IMG/VR virus record: IMGVR_UViG_3300034106_001169
From: a virus
Taxonomy: Duplodnaviria > Heunggongvirae > Uroviricota > Caudoviricetes
Direction: 5' to 3' (one strand)
Length of the DNA stretch: 64,000 nt
The position numbers and the translations under genes are program-made. Shown piece after piece: positions 35,029 through 44,985 of this stretch. The notes under the pieces are model-generated. The model did no database searches. It was not told the origin of the DNA and saw nothing but the letters and a program-made list of their open reading frames with translations. Within the stretch, counting starts at the first letter, position 1; every line of letters begins with the position of its first letter.

Positions 35029-36315
35029 TTATTTATATTTGTTTAACCAGCCACCCTCTTCTTTTTTAGGAACTTCTTTATATCTTTTTAACCAATCTTC
35101 TTTATATAATTTAACATTAGGATTAGATGTAGATATAGGTGCTTTTGAATAAACAACTGGATCGTCAAACATAGGTCCAGTAAAACCTTGTGTATTCTCA
35201 TCTACAAACAAGTCTTTGTTTCCTTTTACTTCTGCCATGTAAGGTCCTTCATATCCTGCTCTTCCAGTAGCATCTCTAAATCTTGTATCTAAAGGATATC
35301 CTTTATTATAATATGCATACTCTTGACCTAGTTCTTTTGGAGGTCTAACTATACCACTCTCTAGAGCATCTGCATATCCTCCTTCACCTATCATTCTATA
35401 ATAAGCATCTGTCTTAGGTTTAAATGCTAAAGGATTTAACTTATAAGCATTCTTTAAAGCTGTCTCTTCTGTAAGATATTTACCTGCAGCTTTGGCACCT
35501 TTACCAACAAGCTTACCTGCAAACATTCCCCCTTCCATTATCATTGCTGCTTCCATAGCATCTTGTAGATTACCAGATGCTTTAGATCTAGCAAACTTAT
35601 TTAATGGTTTGTTTTCATCAGCTATTCTTTGTAACTTCTCTCTATCTAATCTCTCTGCTTCTCCTTTCTTAGGAGTGTATTGAGACATTGTAGTTCTGTT
35701 AGCATTTTGTCTAGCTAAGAACTCCTCAGCTTGTTTCTTTAAATCTACATTTAATCTTGTACCATCCTGAGCCATTGGATATTCTGTAACCTTCTCACCA
35801 TCAAACTTATAATCTTGACCAGGCTCCATCATTTTTGTATCACCTGTATCAGATACACCAAGTACAGGATAGTCAACTCCCTGCATAGTGATGTTATTAG
35901 AACCTATCTCTGTTATCTCACCTGGATAAGCTAATTGTCCTCTGTCATCTTTAATAACAGAACCATTCTTAGATATAGACTTAGGTTTGAAGTCTAAGCC
36001 ATTCTGGTAGAAAGCCATTTCCTTGCCATTCTGAGCACTTGCTTTTGTCTTCTTAGTATACTTACCATTAGCAGGAGCTGAGCCAGCTGTGCGTGCGTAT
36101 GTGAATCCTACAGCACCTGGTAAAGCACCACCCATAGCAAACTGTCCTCCCCATGCTGGAGACTTCCAGTTTTGAGCTGTGTATCCATCTCCTTCAAAAC
36201 CAGGACCTGCAGATACTTTGACATCATTAACATTAGGTTTCTTACCATAGTTGTCCTTAGTCTTTTGTTTTAAGACTAAGCCACCTTGTTCATATTTGTC
36301 TAACCAATTTGCCAT
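35029..36315 (-). CDS. Hypothetical virion protein (428 aa)
   Basis: ORF in the structural block; stop/start overlap with the next gene. Confidence 0.5.
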   Translation of the reverse strand: MANWLDKYEQGGLVLKQKTKDNYGKKPNVNDVKVSAGPGFEGDGYTAQNWKSPAWGGQFAMGGALPGAVGFTYARTAGSAPANGKYTKKTKASAQNGKEMAFYQNGLDFKPKSISKNGSVIKDDRGQLAYPGEITEIGSNNITMQGVDYPVLGVSDTGDTKMMEPGQDYKFDGEKVTEYPMAQDGTRLNVDLKKQAEEFLARQNANRTTMSQYTPKKGEAERLDREKLQRIADENKPLNKFARSKASGNLQDAMEAAMIMEGGMFAGKLVGKGAKAAGKYLTEETALKNAYKLNPLAFKPKTDAYYRMIGEGGYADALESGIVRPPKELGQEYAYYNKGYPLDTRFRDATGRAGYEGPYMAEVKGNKDLFVDENTQGFTGPMFDDPVVYSKAPISTSNPNVKLYKEDWLKRYKEVPKKEEGGWLNKYK

Positions 36316-37181
36316 TACTTGTAAGAGATTTGAGATGGTGCAACAATGAATTGAGAAACTATATGAGCTGTAGAGCTGTTATCTAAGATGTGTCTCACCT
36401 TAAGATCCTTAGCTCTTAGTGGTTCTTTCTTAAATGATCTTTTTCCATAATCCATATTTGCTTGGTTTACAAGCTTATCTATTGATAAAGACTCACAGCT
36501 TGTTGTAAACAAAGGTACAGATTTACTTTTAATTAATCCCCAGAAAGTATTGTATTGATAGAAATTATCTGACTTAGTATAAGTGATAGTTTTACTTTCA
36601 GTATTATAGATTGGGTAGGTTAAGTATTGTTGTAGGTTATGCATTGGCTTTGGTACCAATTCTAATATACCTGTAGACTGTTGGCTATTGTAAAGAACAG
36701 CTTTGTTAAACCATTGATTATCAACACTTATCTGAGCATTATCATTAAACACACCATCAACAATAGGTAAGTAGTTAAACACCTTACTGTAGTCTTTTAT
36801 ATTCTGAAGAATCTCATCATACGTTTGGTAGGCAAATGGATACTCTATTATGTAAGGTTCTACGTTACCATAGTATTTATTGTAGTTAACTACATCAGTT
36901 AAGTGTCTCCATAAAGAACCTGTATTACATTCTGTGTAGGGTAATGCAGCAAGTTGTTCTATAGTGGCAGTGCCAATAGTAACTTGTAAAACTGTATGGC
37001 ATTTGCCCACAGATGTTATAGTAATTGTAGTGACAGAATTATCCACACTGACAGTATACCCATCAATAAGATTTTGTTTGGTTATACCAGTGCCCAAGAC
37101 AGTCCCTAAGTTATCAGAGATATCAAAGGGTCCAGTTCTGCCACCTGAACATGTTAATCTTATTATTACTGTTTTAGCCAT
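36315..37181 (-). CDS. Hypothetical structural protein (288 aa); N-terminal domain paralogous to 46419..46982
   Basis: MAKTVIIRLTCSGGRTGPFDISDNLGTVLGTGITKQNLIDGYTV resembles MTVLITLTLAGSDTGPFNLYSNADGYTTAFETGISRAALIAGYT. Confidence 0.5.
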   Translation of the reverse strand: MAKTVIIRLTCSGGRTGPFDISDNLGTVLGTGITKQNLIDGYTVSVDNSVTTITITSVGKCHTVLQVTIGTATIEQLAALPYTECNTGSLWRHLTDVVNYNKYYGNVEPYIIEYPFAYQTYDEILQNIKDYSKVFNYLPIVDGVFNDNAQISVDNQWFNKAVLYNSQQSTGILELVPKPMHNLQQYLTYPIYNTESKTITYTKSDNFYQYNTFWGLIKSKSVPLFTTSCESLSIDKLVNQANMDYGKRSFKKEPLRAKDLKVRHILDNSSTAHIVSQFIVAPSQISYK

Positions 37182-37191
37182 TTATTATTTT

Positions 37192-40100
37192 TTAAAGACA
37201 TGGTACTCCAGCACAAGATGTTACTGGTGTTGAAAATAAACCAACTGATCCTTGAATTCTTCTATATCCATTAGCTGCACCTCCATAGTAACCAGCAGGA
37301 GCAGGTATAGTTAAAAACTGATCTACATACATAACTGACGCATTGTCAAAATATGGAACACCATTGTCATCTACCCAGAATTGAGTCACTAAAGTATATC
37401 CTGATGGTACAGGAACTATTGGAAGTTCTGAAAATATAAATGCACCAAAACTATCTACATATATTAACTTTTGTATACAACAAATACCAGTGTTAGCAGC
37501 ATCTGTTTCATTATAACCAATAGCACTTGCATCAATAGCTACATATGTAGGTGCTGGTGGTAATGTAGTAGTTGTAGTAGTAGTTAGTGTTCCACATTCA
37601 GCTATACCTGTTACTTCGCCATCAAAACCTGTTACTTCATAAGTACAGTTACTTAAAGGAATATTACATGGTCTAGCATAGAACCCAGCAGGAGCAGGAT
37701 TTCCAACACTAGGTAAAGAATAGAAATGACTTCCTAATACAATAGGAGTTTCAACTACTAATACATATACAGTTGTGAGAACATTAAGTTCATAATTATC
37801 ACAAGCTTGGTTTGGATCAAATGCATTAAAACCATATTCTATAGTTGTCCATTCAGATTGTGTTGTACTAGTACTTGTAGTAGTTGTTATATCACCACAT
37901 TGACCAACTTGACTTATAATAGCTAAACTGCCTTCTAAAACATTAGGTGAATAACCATCACATAAACATGCACTTCCTGATTCACCTTCATTTAATACTG
38001 AACTTTGATTATTACCATTACAATCTGTCCACTGTACTATTGCACCTGTTGCACCTGCTGTAAAGTACCAATTGAAACAACCAGCCCCTGCACCAATTGA
38101 TTGACAATAAGTTAAAGTGGTAGTAGTGGTAGTTGTAGGAGGAGGAGTTGTTGTAGTTGTGGTTGTAGGAGGAGGAGTAGGGGTTGTTGTAGTCGTGGTA
38201 GTTGGTGGTGGAACATATGTAGCTGTACCATTTAAAGCACACTCTAATGGAACTGGTGTAGTAGTAGTTGTAGTGGTTGGAGAAGGTATCTCTGTAACAG
38301 CTACTGCTGATAATTCACATCCTTCATTTAATCCAGAATAGTAGAAACCATTTTCTCCTATGTAGAAATTAGGTATGTATGTATGGAAACTTACCCAAGC
38401 TTTGGTGTTCATGTTAAATGATGCAGTCCATGACTTATTGCAGAAGTATTCTACATCTGTTAGATTTACATATCTTATAACTGATGTATTACCAGCCACT
38501 GGTTGATTTATATAAAACTTCTGTAAAGCTTCATTATAGTATATTTGCTTATTAGGTTGAGGGATATAATCTAACTTAGTTATAATTATTCTCTCAAACT
38601 TACTATCATATACACCATGTAAACCAAGACCATTGAAGTGGTTATCTATATTTGCTGTAGGGAAGTGTCTTAATATTTCAAATGCTAAATGGTCTGTAAA
38701 GAACCTGTTTAGACCACTACCAAACGCTGAGATATCTATTGCTTTAGTAGCACCAGCTATCAAAAATATTTGACCTCTCTTAGCATCTATTGTTATTTGT
38801 CCATCAGGTATTTTAAGTAAGAACTTGTTTTGAGAACCTACATAACCTAGGTCAGTTTCAGCATAATCAATTGCAGGAGCTGATGTAAATAATGTAGGAT
38901 TACCTAAGAACGCTGCCTGAGGACTACTTGTGTTCATTGTCAATAAGTTACCATAAAGCAATGACTTGTTTTCAAATCTAGCTAGGGTAGCTTTATTCTG
39001 TATACCATCTAGTGATACTAACTTACCATAGTTCTGAGGGAAGTCAAAAAAACTTATTGGACGATATATCAACCAATTGTTAATTCTATTATCAGAATAA
39101 CTTTCTTGTGGATCAGAGTATATAGCTCTGAATGGGAAGTATGTAAAGCAAAGTTGCTTTATCCAGTCTGAAGGTAAATGAGAGAAAAAGTTCTCTGTGT
39201 TTTGTTTAGAGAAAGTGGTATTATAATAGTATGTGTTATCAAGTGCAATAGGAACTCTGCTTTCTTGGAACCAAGTATCAGGAATACCTGAGCTCACGTG
39301 TGGGTAGAAATCACCCTCTAGGTTATTAAATGCCTGACGTAAGTCTACATTAATAGAACTCTCTACATAGAAGTAAGGAATACCATAAGCAAATAGATAC
39401 ATCTTACCATCATAGATATAGTTTTGTGAACCAGCTAATACAGTACCTGGAGCAGGAGTTGTAGAAGAGGTAGTGGTAGTTGTACTAATATTATCCACTA
39501 TATAATCATTAGGACAGTCTAAATAGTGAGCTTTGGTAGAAATGATATTCTTCATTAAAGTACCACCTACAAAGTAATCAGATAATTCAGATCTAGCAGA
39601 ATACCAATATTGTGGATAGGCTACATTACCTAACTCATCGTAGTAAATGTCACTATCATCAGGAGCTCCCACTCTATTATCAATAAAGAAAGGAAGCTTA
39701 GTTTTGAATCCAAACTTACCAATATATGTATCACCACCAAATATTACTTCAGTGGCTGGAAGAGAACTAAATATTCTTTGGAATCCTGTATCAATTGTTT
39801 GATAAGAATATATTTGTCCCCATTGATTATTATTAATAGCCTTTATTGAAGCATAATAAGATACAACTTTTATATCTTCTTGCTGTTCAGGAGCACTACA
39901 GTTATTTGCTTGAGAAATAGTAAATCTTGAATTATCAGATATCTGACTTACACCTGCTATGTATAAAGAAGGAGTTTGATTAGGGAATGGTAGAGGATTT
40001 ACAACTACTCCTGATCTAGCTTCAATAGTTTTAGTATATATTGAAGACTCTCTATTAAAGTTATTAAGATCATGATTATCACCTACATTCTGTACACCTG

Positions 40101-42870
40101 GGAATACATATTGACACTTATCAAGTTGTCTTTGTTTAATACCTATATTACCAGTTAGAGGATTAGTAGCAGCATTCTGTATATCTGCACTATAGTCATA
40201 GCTAGAGACAGAGTTAAATGATTGTGCAAAGTTCTTTCTACTAATACCATTTAGGTAGATTTGTAAGTAAGTTTGATATGCTGTAAAGAATGCTACAGCA
40301 CTAAATCCTCCTAGGTCAGCAATCTTTTTGCTAGAGTTTAAGGCATCTATTTGAGTTTGTCTGGTAAGAAGCTTGTACATAGAATGCTTCTGTACCTCAA
40401 CAAAATGAGATCTTCCACCACCAAACAATACACTTTCTAATTTAAGAACATTACCTAATGTAGGTTGTCCAAAAGAAGTTTCTGGTGAATTAAATACTTG
40501 TCTATATTTAGATTCAATACTACTAAATCCATCTAAGTTATTTGGAAAACAATTAATATTTACTTTACTATTTTCCACTATAGTGAAACGATCACATCCT
40601 GATACAAATGTAGGAGCACCTATTGAATTAACTGTCACTGATGTATTAAATGGTACAGTGATAGTTTGTAAAGCTCCAGTTATAGGATCTAAATAATTAA
40701 ATACAGGTGCTGAAAAAGTTACACATTTATAAGTTGAAGAGATTATATAAGTGCTAGATGTAATGTTTGTAAATGTAGCTGCTCCTGTATTTACAACAGG
40801 AAGTGTAAGAGAACATATTTCAGTGGTAGCTGTAGTAAAATTTTGACTTGATACAGTGCCTGTATAACAATCTGTATATTGTAATGCACCATCAACTGTA
40901 GCTGTCACTTGGAAAGTATCACATTGAGACATGTAAGAATTGCTCTTCTCAAGTAAGAATGGATCTTTATCAAGGTCATTATATGGATAGTTAGGATAGT
41001 AAAAGTTTGTACCTTCTCTATTATACTTACCTACATTTCTCAATATACCTTTAGCAATAATAGATTTGTTTGCACTTCTATTTCCTCTCACTATTTTAAA
41101 TCCAACAATTGAAGCTTTTTCTTCAGTTGTTAAAGTAGATGTTTGAATTAAGAATGCTACCTGTTGTACATCTATTTTTACACCTATTGGATAGATGGCA
41201 TTAGAAGTTTGCATGATTGGTTCTATCTGACCACCTGAATATGTAATAGGAGGAGTCTCAAAGTAAGGAGAAACTAATACATCAGGAAATTTGTGATGTC
41301 TAATTTTCTGACCAGCAAGGTCTCCCCATACATCTACATTACAAGGATATTCTTCATCTTGAGCTTCCCAATAGGCAAATTCTCCAGATTGATATGGATA
41401 TGCTTGTCCTATATTTTCATTGGTAGAAACAGGATATGTAGTGGATACAGTGGCAGTGTTATATATCTTCCAATAAGGTTGAGGAGCTCCATCTCCTATG
41501 TAATCTGCATTAGCTGTTGTTACATCTGGCTGAGATAACTCTTGAGCATTTTTAACTCTACCAGGAATATGAAAGCCATCTGTTTGTTTACCATTATCTA
41601 ATAAAAATACTATCTCAAATGCATATATCTCATCTCTTAAATATCCTCTTAGATTAGCTGTATAGAAAGGATCTGCATAGCTGTTACCTGCTGGTAACTT
41701 ATAAGTTTCCCATTCTAATGTTATTTTACTAGCAATTGATTGATAGTTAATTCTATCAATAGAAGTAAGATTGTCCCAAACGATATAGTCTTGCACACTT
41801 GTAACATCTTGTGCAATATCATAATAAGGGAACTTCTCTAATATATCACCTAAGCTTAAAGGTATTTGTGTTTGGTTTTGACCTGAATAAGTGGCTGTTG
41901 TTATCTTGTCTTGAATCTTAAAAGTTCCTACAAGTTCTACACTGGTACCATTATTAATAGTCTTAATAACAGCTAAATTAAAATATTGGAAGTATCCTGT
42001 AATATCTACATTACCAATACTTAACAATATAGACTTTCCTACAGAGTATTGAAAATCAGGAGTAGTTATCTCTGTATTTGCAATAGATGTAGGATTAGTT
42101 ACAGAATAATAGGATGTGTATCCATCTCCTGAAGCATTACAATATTGAACAGCAAACTGATATGTACCTGCTTGTAAATCTCCACCTACAGCTGTTCCAG
42201 TAATATCTATGCTAGGAATAGAGAAGTTAGGTTGTACTTTTAACTTATTGCAATCAAGTACAGGAGTAACAATTGGATCACAATTTTGAGTACCTGCATA
42301 AGTTGAAATATAGGGAACTTGTTCAATGTTTATATATCTTCTTGGATTTAATCCATCAGTCCAATATACCTCAGTGGTACAGTTTGTAATCTTATGTACA
42401 GCCTTATGAATAGGATAGTTTATATCAAAGTTTAAGCATTCAGAGTTAGCACATACAGTGATTTCTAAATCAGGATATTCTGTACATAGTGTATGATATA
42501 CACAATCATTATTATCCATATATCCAATTTCACTTCCTCCTGTTTCAGGATTAGCTAAAAAGAATATGTGTTTGTTTTTCTCTTGAATGAAATGAGTTCC
42601 AATTAAATGATAGCCTTCAGGAAACTCTAAACAAGCTTCATTACTTGGCTCATTTTGATAACTTACAGAATTAGCATCAAAGTTTTCTAATGCTCCATTT
42701 AGGGCATAAGAAAGTTTACCCTTCTGTATTTGGTTTACAGAAGAATCCATATCTAGTCCAACTCTGCCAAGATTATACTCTTGTCTTATGTTAGATGTTC
42801 CTTCTTGGTTATCTGCCATATCTTGAGCTTCTGTTTGGTAGTTCATATTGTGCAAAGCGTTGTAAATCAT
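37192..42870 (-). CDS. Giant tail protein (1892 aa) with Thr/Pro-rich mucin-like linkers and a Cys-rich C-terminal region
   Basis: Longest structural ORF after the RNAP ORF. It contains TTTTTTTPVPLE…PPPTTTTTTTPTPPPTTTTTTTPPPTTTTTTT, encoded by ACN/CCN repeats at about 38100..38290. Only 10 nt separate it from the next gene. Confidence 0.6.
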   Translation of the reverse strand: MIYNALHNMNYQTEAQDMADNQEGTSNIRQEYNLGRVGLDMDSSVNQIQKGKLSYALNGALENFDANSVSYQNEPSNEACLEFPEGYHLIGTHFIQEKNKHIFFLANPETGGSEIGYMDNNDCVYHTLCTEYPDLEITVCANSECLNFDINYPIHKAVHKITNCTTEVYWTDGLNPRRYINIEQVPYISTYAGTQNCDPIVTPVLDCNKLKVQPNFSIPSIDITGTAVGGDLQAGTYQFAVQYCNASGDGYTSYYSVTNPTSIANTEITTPDFQYSVGKSILLSIGNVDITGYFQYFNLAVIKTINNGTSVELVGTFKIQDKITTATYSGQNQTQIPLSLGDILEKFPYYDIAQDVTSVQDYIVWDNLTSIDRINYQSIASKITLEWETYKLPAGNSYADPFYTANLRGYLRDEIYAFEIVFLLDNGKQTDGFHIPGRVKNAQELSQPDVTTANADYIGDGAPQPYWKIYNTATVSTTYPVSTNENIGQAYPYQSGEFAYWEAQDEEYPCNVDVWGDLAGQKIRHHKFPDVLVSPYFETPPITYSGGQIEPIMQTSNAIYPIGVKIDVQQVAFLIQTSTLTTEEKASIVGFKIVRGNRSANKSIIAKGILRNVGKYNREGTNFYYPNYPYNDLDKDPFLLEKSNSYMSQCDTFQVTATVDGALQYTDCYTGTVSSQNFTTATTEICSLTLPVVNTGAATFTNITSSTYIISSTYKCVTFSAPVFNYLDPITGALQTITVPFNTSVTVNSIGAPTFVSGCDRFTIVENSKVNINCFPNNLDGFSSIESKYRQVFNSPETSFGQPTLGNVLKLESVLFGGGRSHFVEVQKHSMYKLLTRQTQIDALNSSKKIADLGGFSAVAFFTAYQTYLQIYLNGISRKNFAQSFNSVSSYDYSADIQNAATNPLTGNIGIKQRQLDKCQYVFPGVQNVGDNHDLNNFNRESSIYTKTIEARSGVVVNPLPFPNQTPSLYIAGVSQISDNSRFTISQANNCSAPEQQEDIKVVSYYASIKAINNNQWGQIYSYQTIDTGFQRIFSSLPATEVIFGGDTYIGKFGFKTKLPFFIDNRVGAPDDSDIYYDELGNVAYPQYWYSARSELSDYFVGGTLMKNIISTKAHYLDCPNDYIVDNISTTTTTSSTTPAPGTVLAGSQNYIYDGKMYLFAYGIPYFYVESSINVDLRQAFNNLEGDFYPHVSSGIPDTWFQESRVPIALDNTYYYNTTFSKQNTENFFSHLPSDWIKQLCFTYFPFRAIYSDPQESYSDNRINNWLIYRPISFFDFPQNYGKLVSLDGIQNKATLARFENKSLLYGNLLTMNTSSPQAAFLGNPTLFTSAPAIDYAETDLGYVGSQNKFLLKIPDGQITIDAKRGQIFLIAGATKAIDISAFGSGLNRFFTDHLAFEILRHFPTANIDNHFNGLGLHGVYDSKFERIIITKLDYIPQPNKQIYYNEALQKFYINQPVAGNTSVIRYVNLTDVEYFCNKSWTASFNMNTKAWVSFHTYIPNFYIGENGFYYSGLNEGCELSAVAVTEIPSPTTTTTTTPVPLECALNGTATYVPPPTTTTTTTPTPPPTTTTTTTPPPTTTTTTTLTYCQSIGAGAGCFNWYFTAGATGAIVQWTDCNGNNQSSVLNEGESGSACLCDGYSPNVLEGSLAIISQVGQCGDITTTTSTSTTQSEWTTIEYGFNAFDPNQACDNYELNVLTTVYVLVVETPIVLGSHFYSLPSVGNPAPAGFYARPCNIPLSNCTYEVTGFDGEVTGIAECGTLTTTTTTTLPPAPTYVAIDASAIGYNETDAANTGICCIQKLIYVDSFGAFIFSELPIVPVPSGYTLVTQFWVDDNGVPYFDNASVMYVDQFLTIPAPAGYYGGAANGYRRIQGSVGLFSTPVTSCAGVPCL
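38100..38290 (-). repeat. ACN/CCN tandem repeats encoding Thr7-8/Pro3 mucin-like linker blocks in the 1892-aa tail protein
   Basis: ggtagtagtggtagttgtaggaggagga… units repeated at least three times on the plus strand (antisense of ACC/CCT codons). Confidence 0.6.
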
Positions 42871-43765
42871 TTCTTACTCTTCTTTGCTTAGTCCATACAT
42901 CTTGTTTCTTAATCTCAGTGTAAGCCATAATAAAGGCTTCTTCTGAAAGTTGCTTATAGTAAACTAACTTAGCTTGTATTTGGTTGAATGTCTCATCATT
43001 GATTTGGTTAGATAAGGTTTCAAAAACTTTATATTTAATAAAGGCTTCTACGTATTCTCTTATACGATAGTTATCAGGAATCAATTGATTACCTGTAGCA
43101 TCATAGTCTGTAGCATAGAAAATCATATGAACAACACCACAGCTGAAGTTTGTAACAAACTTATTATCTCTAATATCAAAGCTATCATAACCAGCACTTC
43201 CTGGAGTGAACTCATGCACAGGGGGTGCATTTGTATAAAACTGCCAAGCATCTGTATAGCTTACATCACATTTACCTTGGCAAGATATATTGCCTGGTTT
43301 TAATAAATACTCTTTTCTTATACCTCTAGCTATCTGTTGATTGGTTTTATATACAGCTTGGATGATATCAGGCATACACGTAGGACATCCTGTTGTACAT
43401 TGTGGATTAGTACATGGTACTCCACCACTAATAATAGGAGAGACTTGTATTGTTGTTTGGCTAGCTGCCTGAGAATAGAATGAGTTAGCTGTTTGATATG
43501 GAAGCTGAGGAATCTCTGTACACATCCAAGCTTCTCTAACAGCAAAGAAGTTGTCAGGAAGTCTAGCCTCATATCCAGAAATATCTAATGTCTGTTCAGC
43601 AATGACATAACTTGATCTACCCATCTTTTGTAGACACTTGTCTAAATAGGTGGGGAACATTAAATCATCAACTGCTCCTGTGTCAAAGTAAGATTTTAAC
43701 TCTTCTTTAACAATTGAATAGATTGGCTCAGGAGAGACAAAGTTGTATCTGTAATAGTATGCCAT
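42809..43765 (-). CDS. Hypothetical Cys-rich protein (318 aa)
   Basis: ORF whose 3' end overlaps the annotated start of the 1892-aa gene by 62 nt. It has CTNPQCTTGCPTCMPD. Confidence 0.45.
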   Translation of the reverse strand: MAYYYRYNFVSPEPIYSIVKEELKSYFDTGAVDDLMFPTYLDKCLQKMGRSSYVIAEQTLDISGYEARLPDNFFAVREAWMCTEIPQLPYQTANSFYSQAASQTTIQVSPIISGGVPCTNPQCTTGCPTCMPDIIQAVYKTNQQIARGIRKEYLLKPGNISCQGKCDVSYTDAWQFYTNAPPVHEFTPGSAGYDSFDIRDNKFVTNFSCGVVHMIFYATDYDATGNQLIPDNYRIREYVEAFIKYKVFETLSNQINDETFNQIQAKLVYYKQLSEEAFIMAYTEIKKQDVWTKQRRVRNDLQRFAQYELPNRSSRYGR

Positions 43766-43771
43766 GTTATT

Positions 43772-44248
43772 TTATTTTTTCCATTCCCTATAAAGGTGCT
43801 GGTATTTGTCATCTGTTTTTATGTAATGTGACAGCAATCTAGAAGTAGAACGAGAAGGTTTGAAGTACCATAAGTTGATGTTACGAATTCTTGTAGACTC
43901 TTTAAACCACATCCAACCAAAAAAGAATCCTTCTGTATGGAAGTTAAAGTTATAAATGATCTTACCCTTTTGTTTTGTCTTTTGCCAATCAACTGGTAGG
44001 TTAACCATCTCCTTACCATCAACTGTTTTCATCTTCTTTCTCTTCTTTTTATTGATAGAGAATTCACCAAAGCCAAAAGGAAGTCTTGCTTTCTCTCCTG
44101 TTTCTAGAATGTAGTTTTTGAAATGTTCATTATATTGATATATAATGTTTCTCCACTCATCAAATGTAACTTTTATGGTGGGATTTTTTCTGCAGAAATT
44201 GTTGTAGTTTTCTTTACTGGAGCTTCTCCAGTCAATCTTGGTTCGCAT
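43772..44248 (-). CDS. Hypothetical basic protein (158 aa)
   Basis: Lys/Arg-rich (KKKRKKMK), Trp-rich. No family recognised. Confidence 0.4.
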   Translation of the reverse strand: MRTKIDWRSSSKENYNNFCRKNPTIKVTFDEWRNIIYQYNEHFKNYILETGEKARLPFGFGEFSINKKKRKKMKTVDGKEMVNLPVDWQKTKQKGKIIYNFNFHTEGFFFGWMWFKESTRIRNINLWYFKPSRSTSRLLSHYIKTDDKYQHLYREWKK

Positions 44249-44985
44249 TAACTAGTTGGTTTAGCATTAGGAGCCTGACCATCTATACCATCAAATGTCA
44301 TGTCAGTCTTAATGCTAAAGTAAGTAGATAATAGTTTTTGAGATGTTAACTCTAATACTTGCTTTTCTAAATAACCAGGACATCCAAACTCCTTATCCAA
44401 TGGATTCATACAGTATTCTTCATCGCTCACTGTAGGAGATGGGCCACATGCACAGTCTGATGGGTATAGTATCTCATTAGGAACATCTTCTTCAAAGAAT
44501 GCAGAAATTCTCACTGAGTGCAAATTAGGATTATTAATGTATAAATATCCTCCATTTGCTATCCAGTAATATTGTTCAGCTCTAATGATAGGTAGCTTTA
44601 ATAAATTTAAGTATCTGTTAATTGTAATCTCTTTAAATCTTTTTCCTTTACCACCCATAGCGTTGATAGAATATACACCTTGTATTAGATATTGATAGTT
44701 TCCTTCACTGATGCGAGGAAGTTTGAATCTGCTTCTTGCCACTTGACAAGGATCAACATACTCACAGCAATCAGAAATAGGAACCTCTATCATCTCTAAA
44801 CAAGGAAGCGTTTGGAATACAGTGTCTGTAGCCCAAAGCTTTCTGAGATTTGTTTCTCTCTTTACCAATAAAAATGTATTGTTTCTAACCTCAGACGCAA
44901 CAACCCTATCAGTGATAAGGTTATCTGTTGTTAATAGTTTGTGCATTGCACGAACATCTGAGACCATTTTTCTTAATGTAGCCAT
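44248..44985 (-). CDS. Hypothetical protein (245 aa)
   Basis: ORF with 1-nt overlaps on both sides. Confidence 0.45.
   Translation of the reverse strand: MATLRKMVSDVRAMHKLLTTDNLITDRVVASEVRNNTFLLVKRETNLRKLWATDTVFQTLPCLEMIEVPISDCCEYVDPCQVARSRFKLPRISEGNYQYLIQGVYSINAMGGKGKRFKEITINRYLNLLKLPIIRAEQYYWIANGGYLYINNPNLHSVRISAFFEEDVPNEILYPSDCACGPSPTVSDEEYCMNPLDKEFGCPGYLEKQVLELTSQKLLSTYFSIKTDMTFDGIDGQAPNAKPTS

Noticed and set aside
43772-44248. Basic 158-aa protein as a homing endonuclease or DNA-binding regulator
   Set aside because: No GIY-YIG, HNH, LAGLIDADG or helix-turn-helix motif could be identified. Basic composition alone is insufficient.
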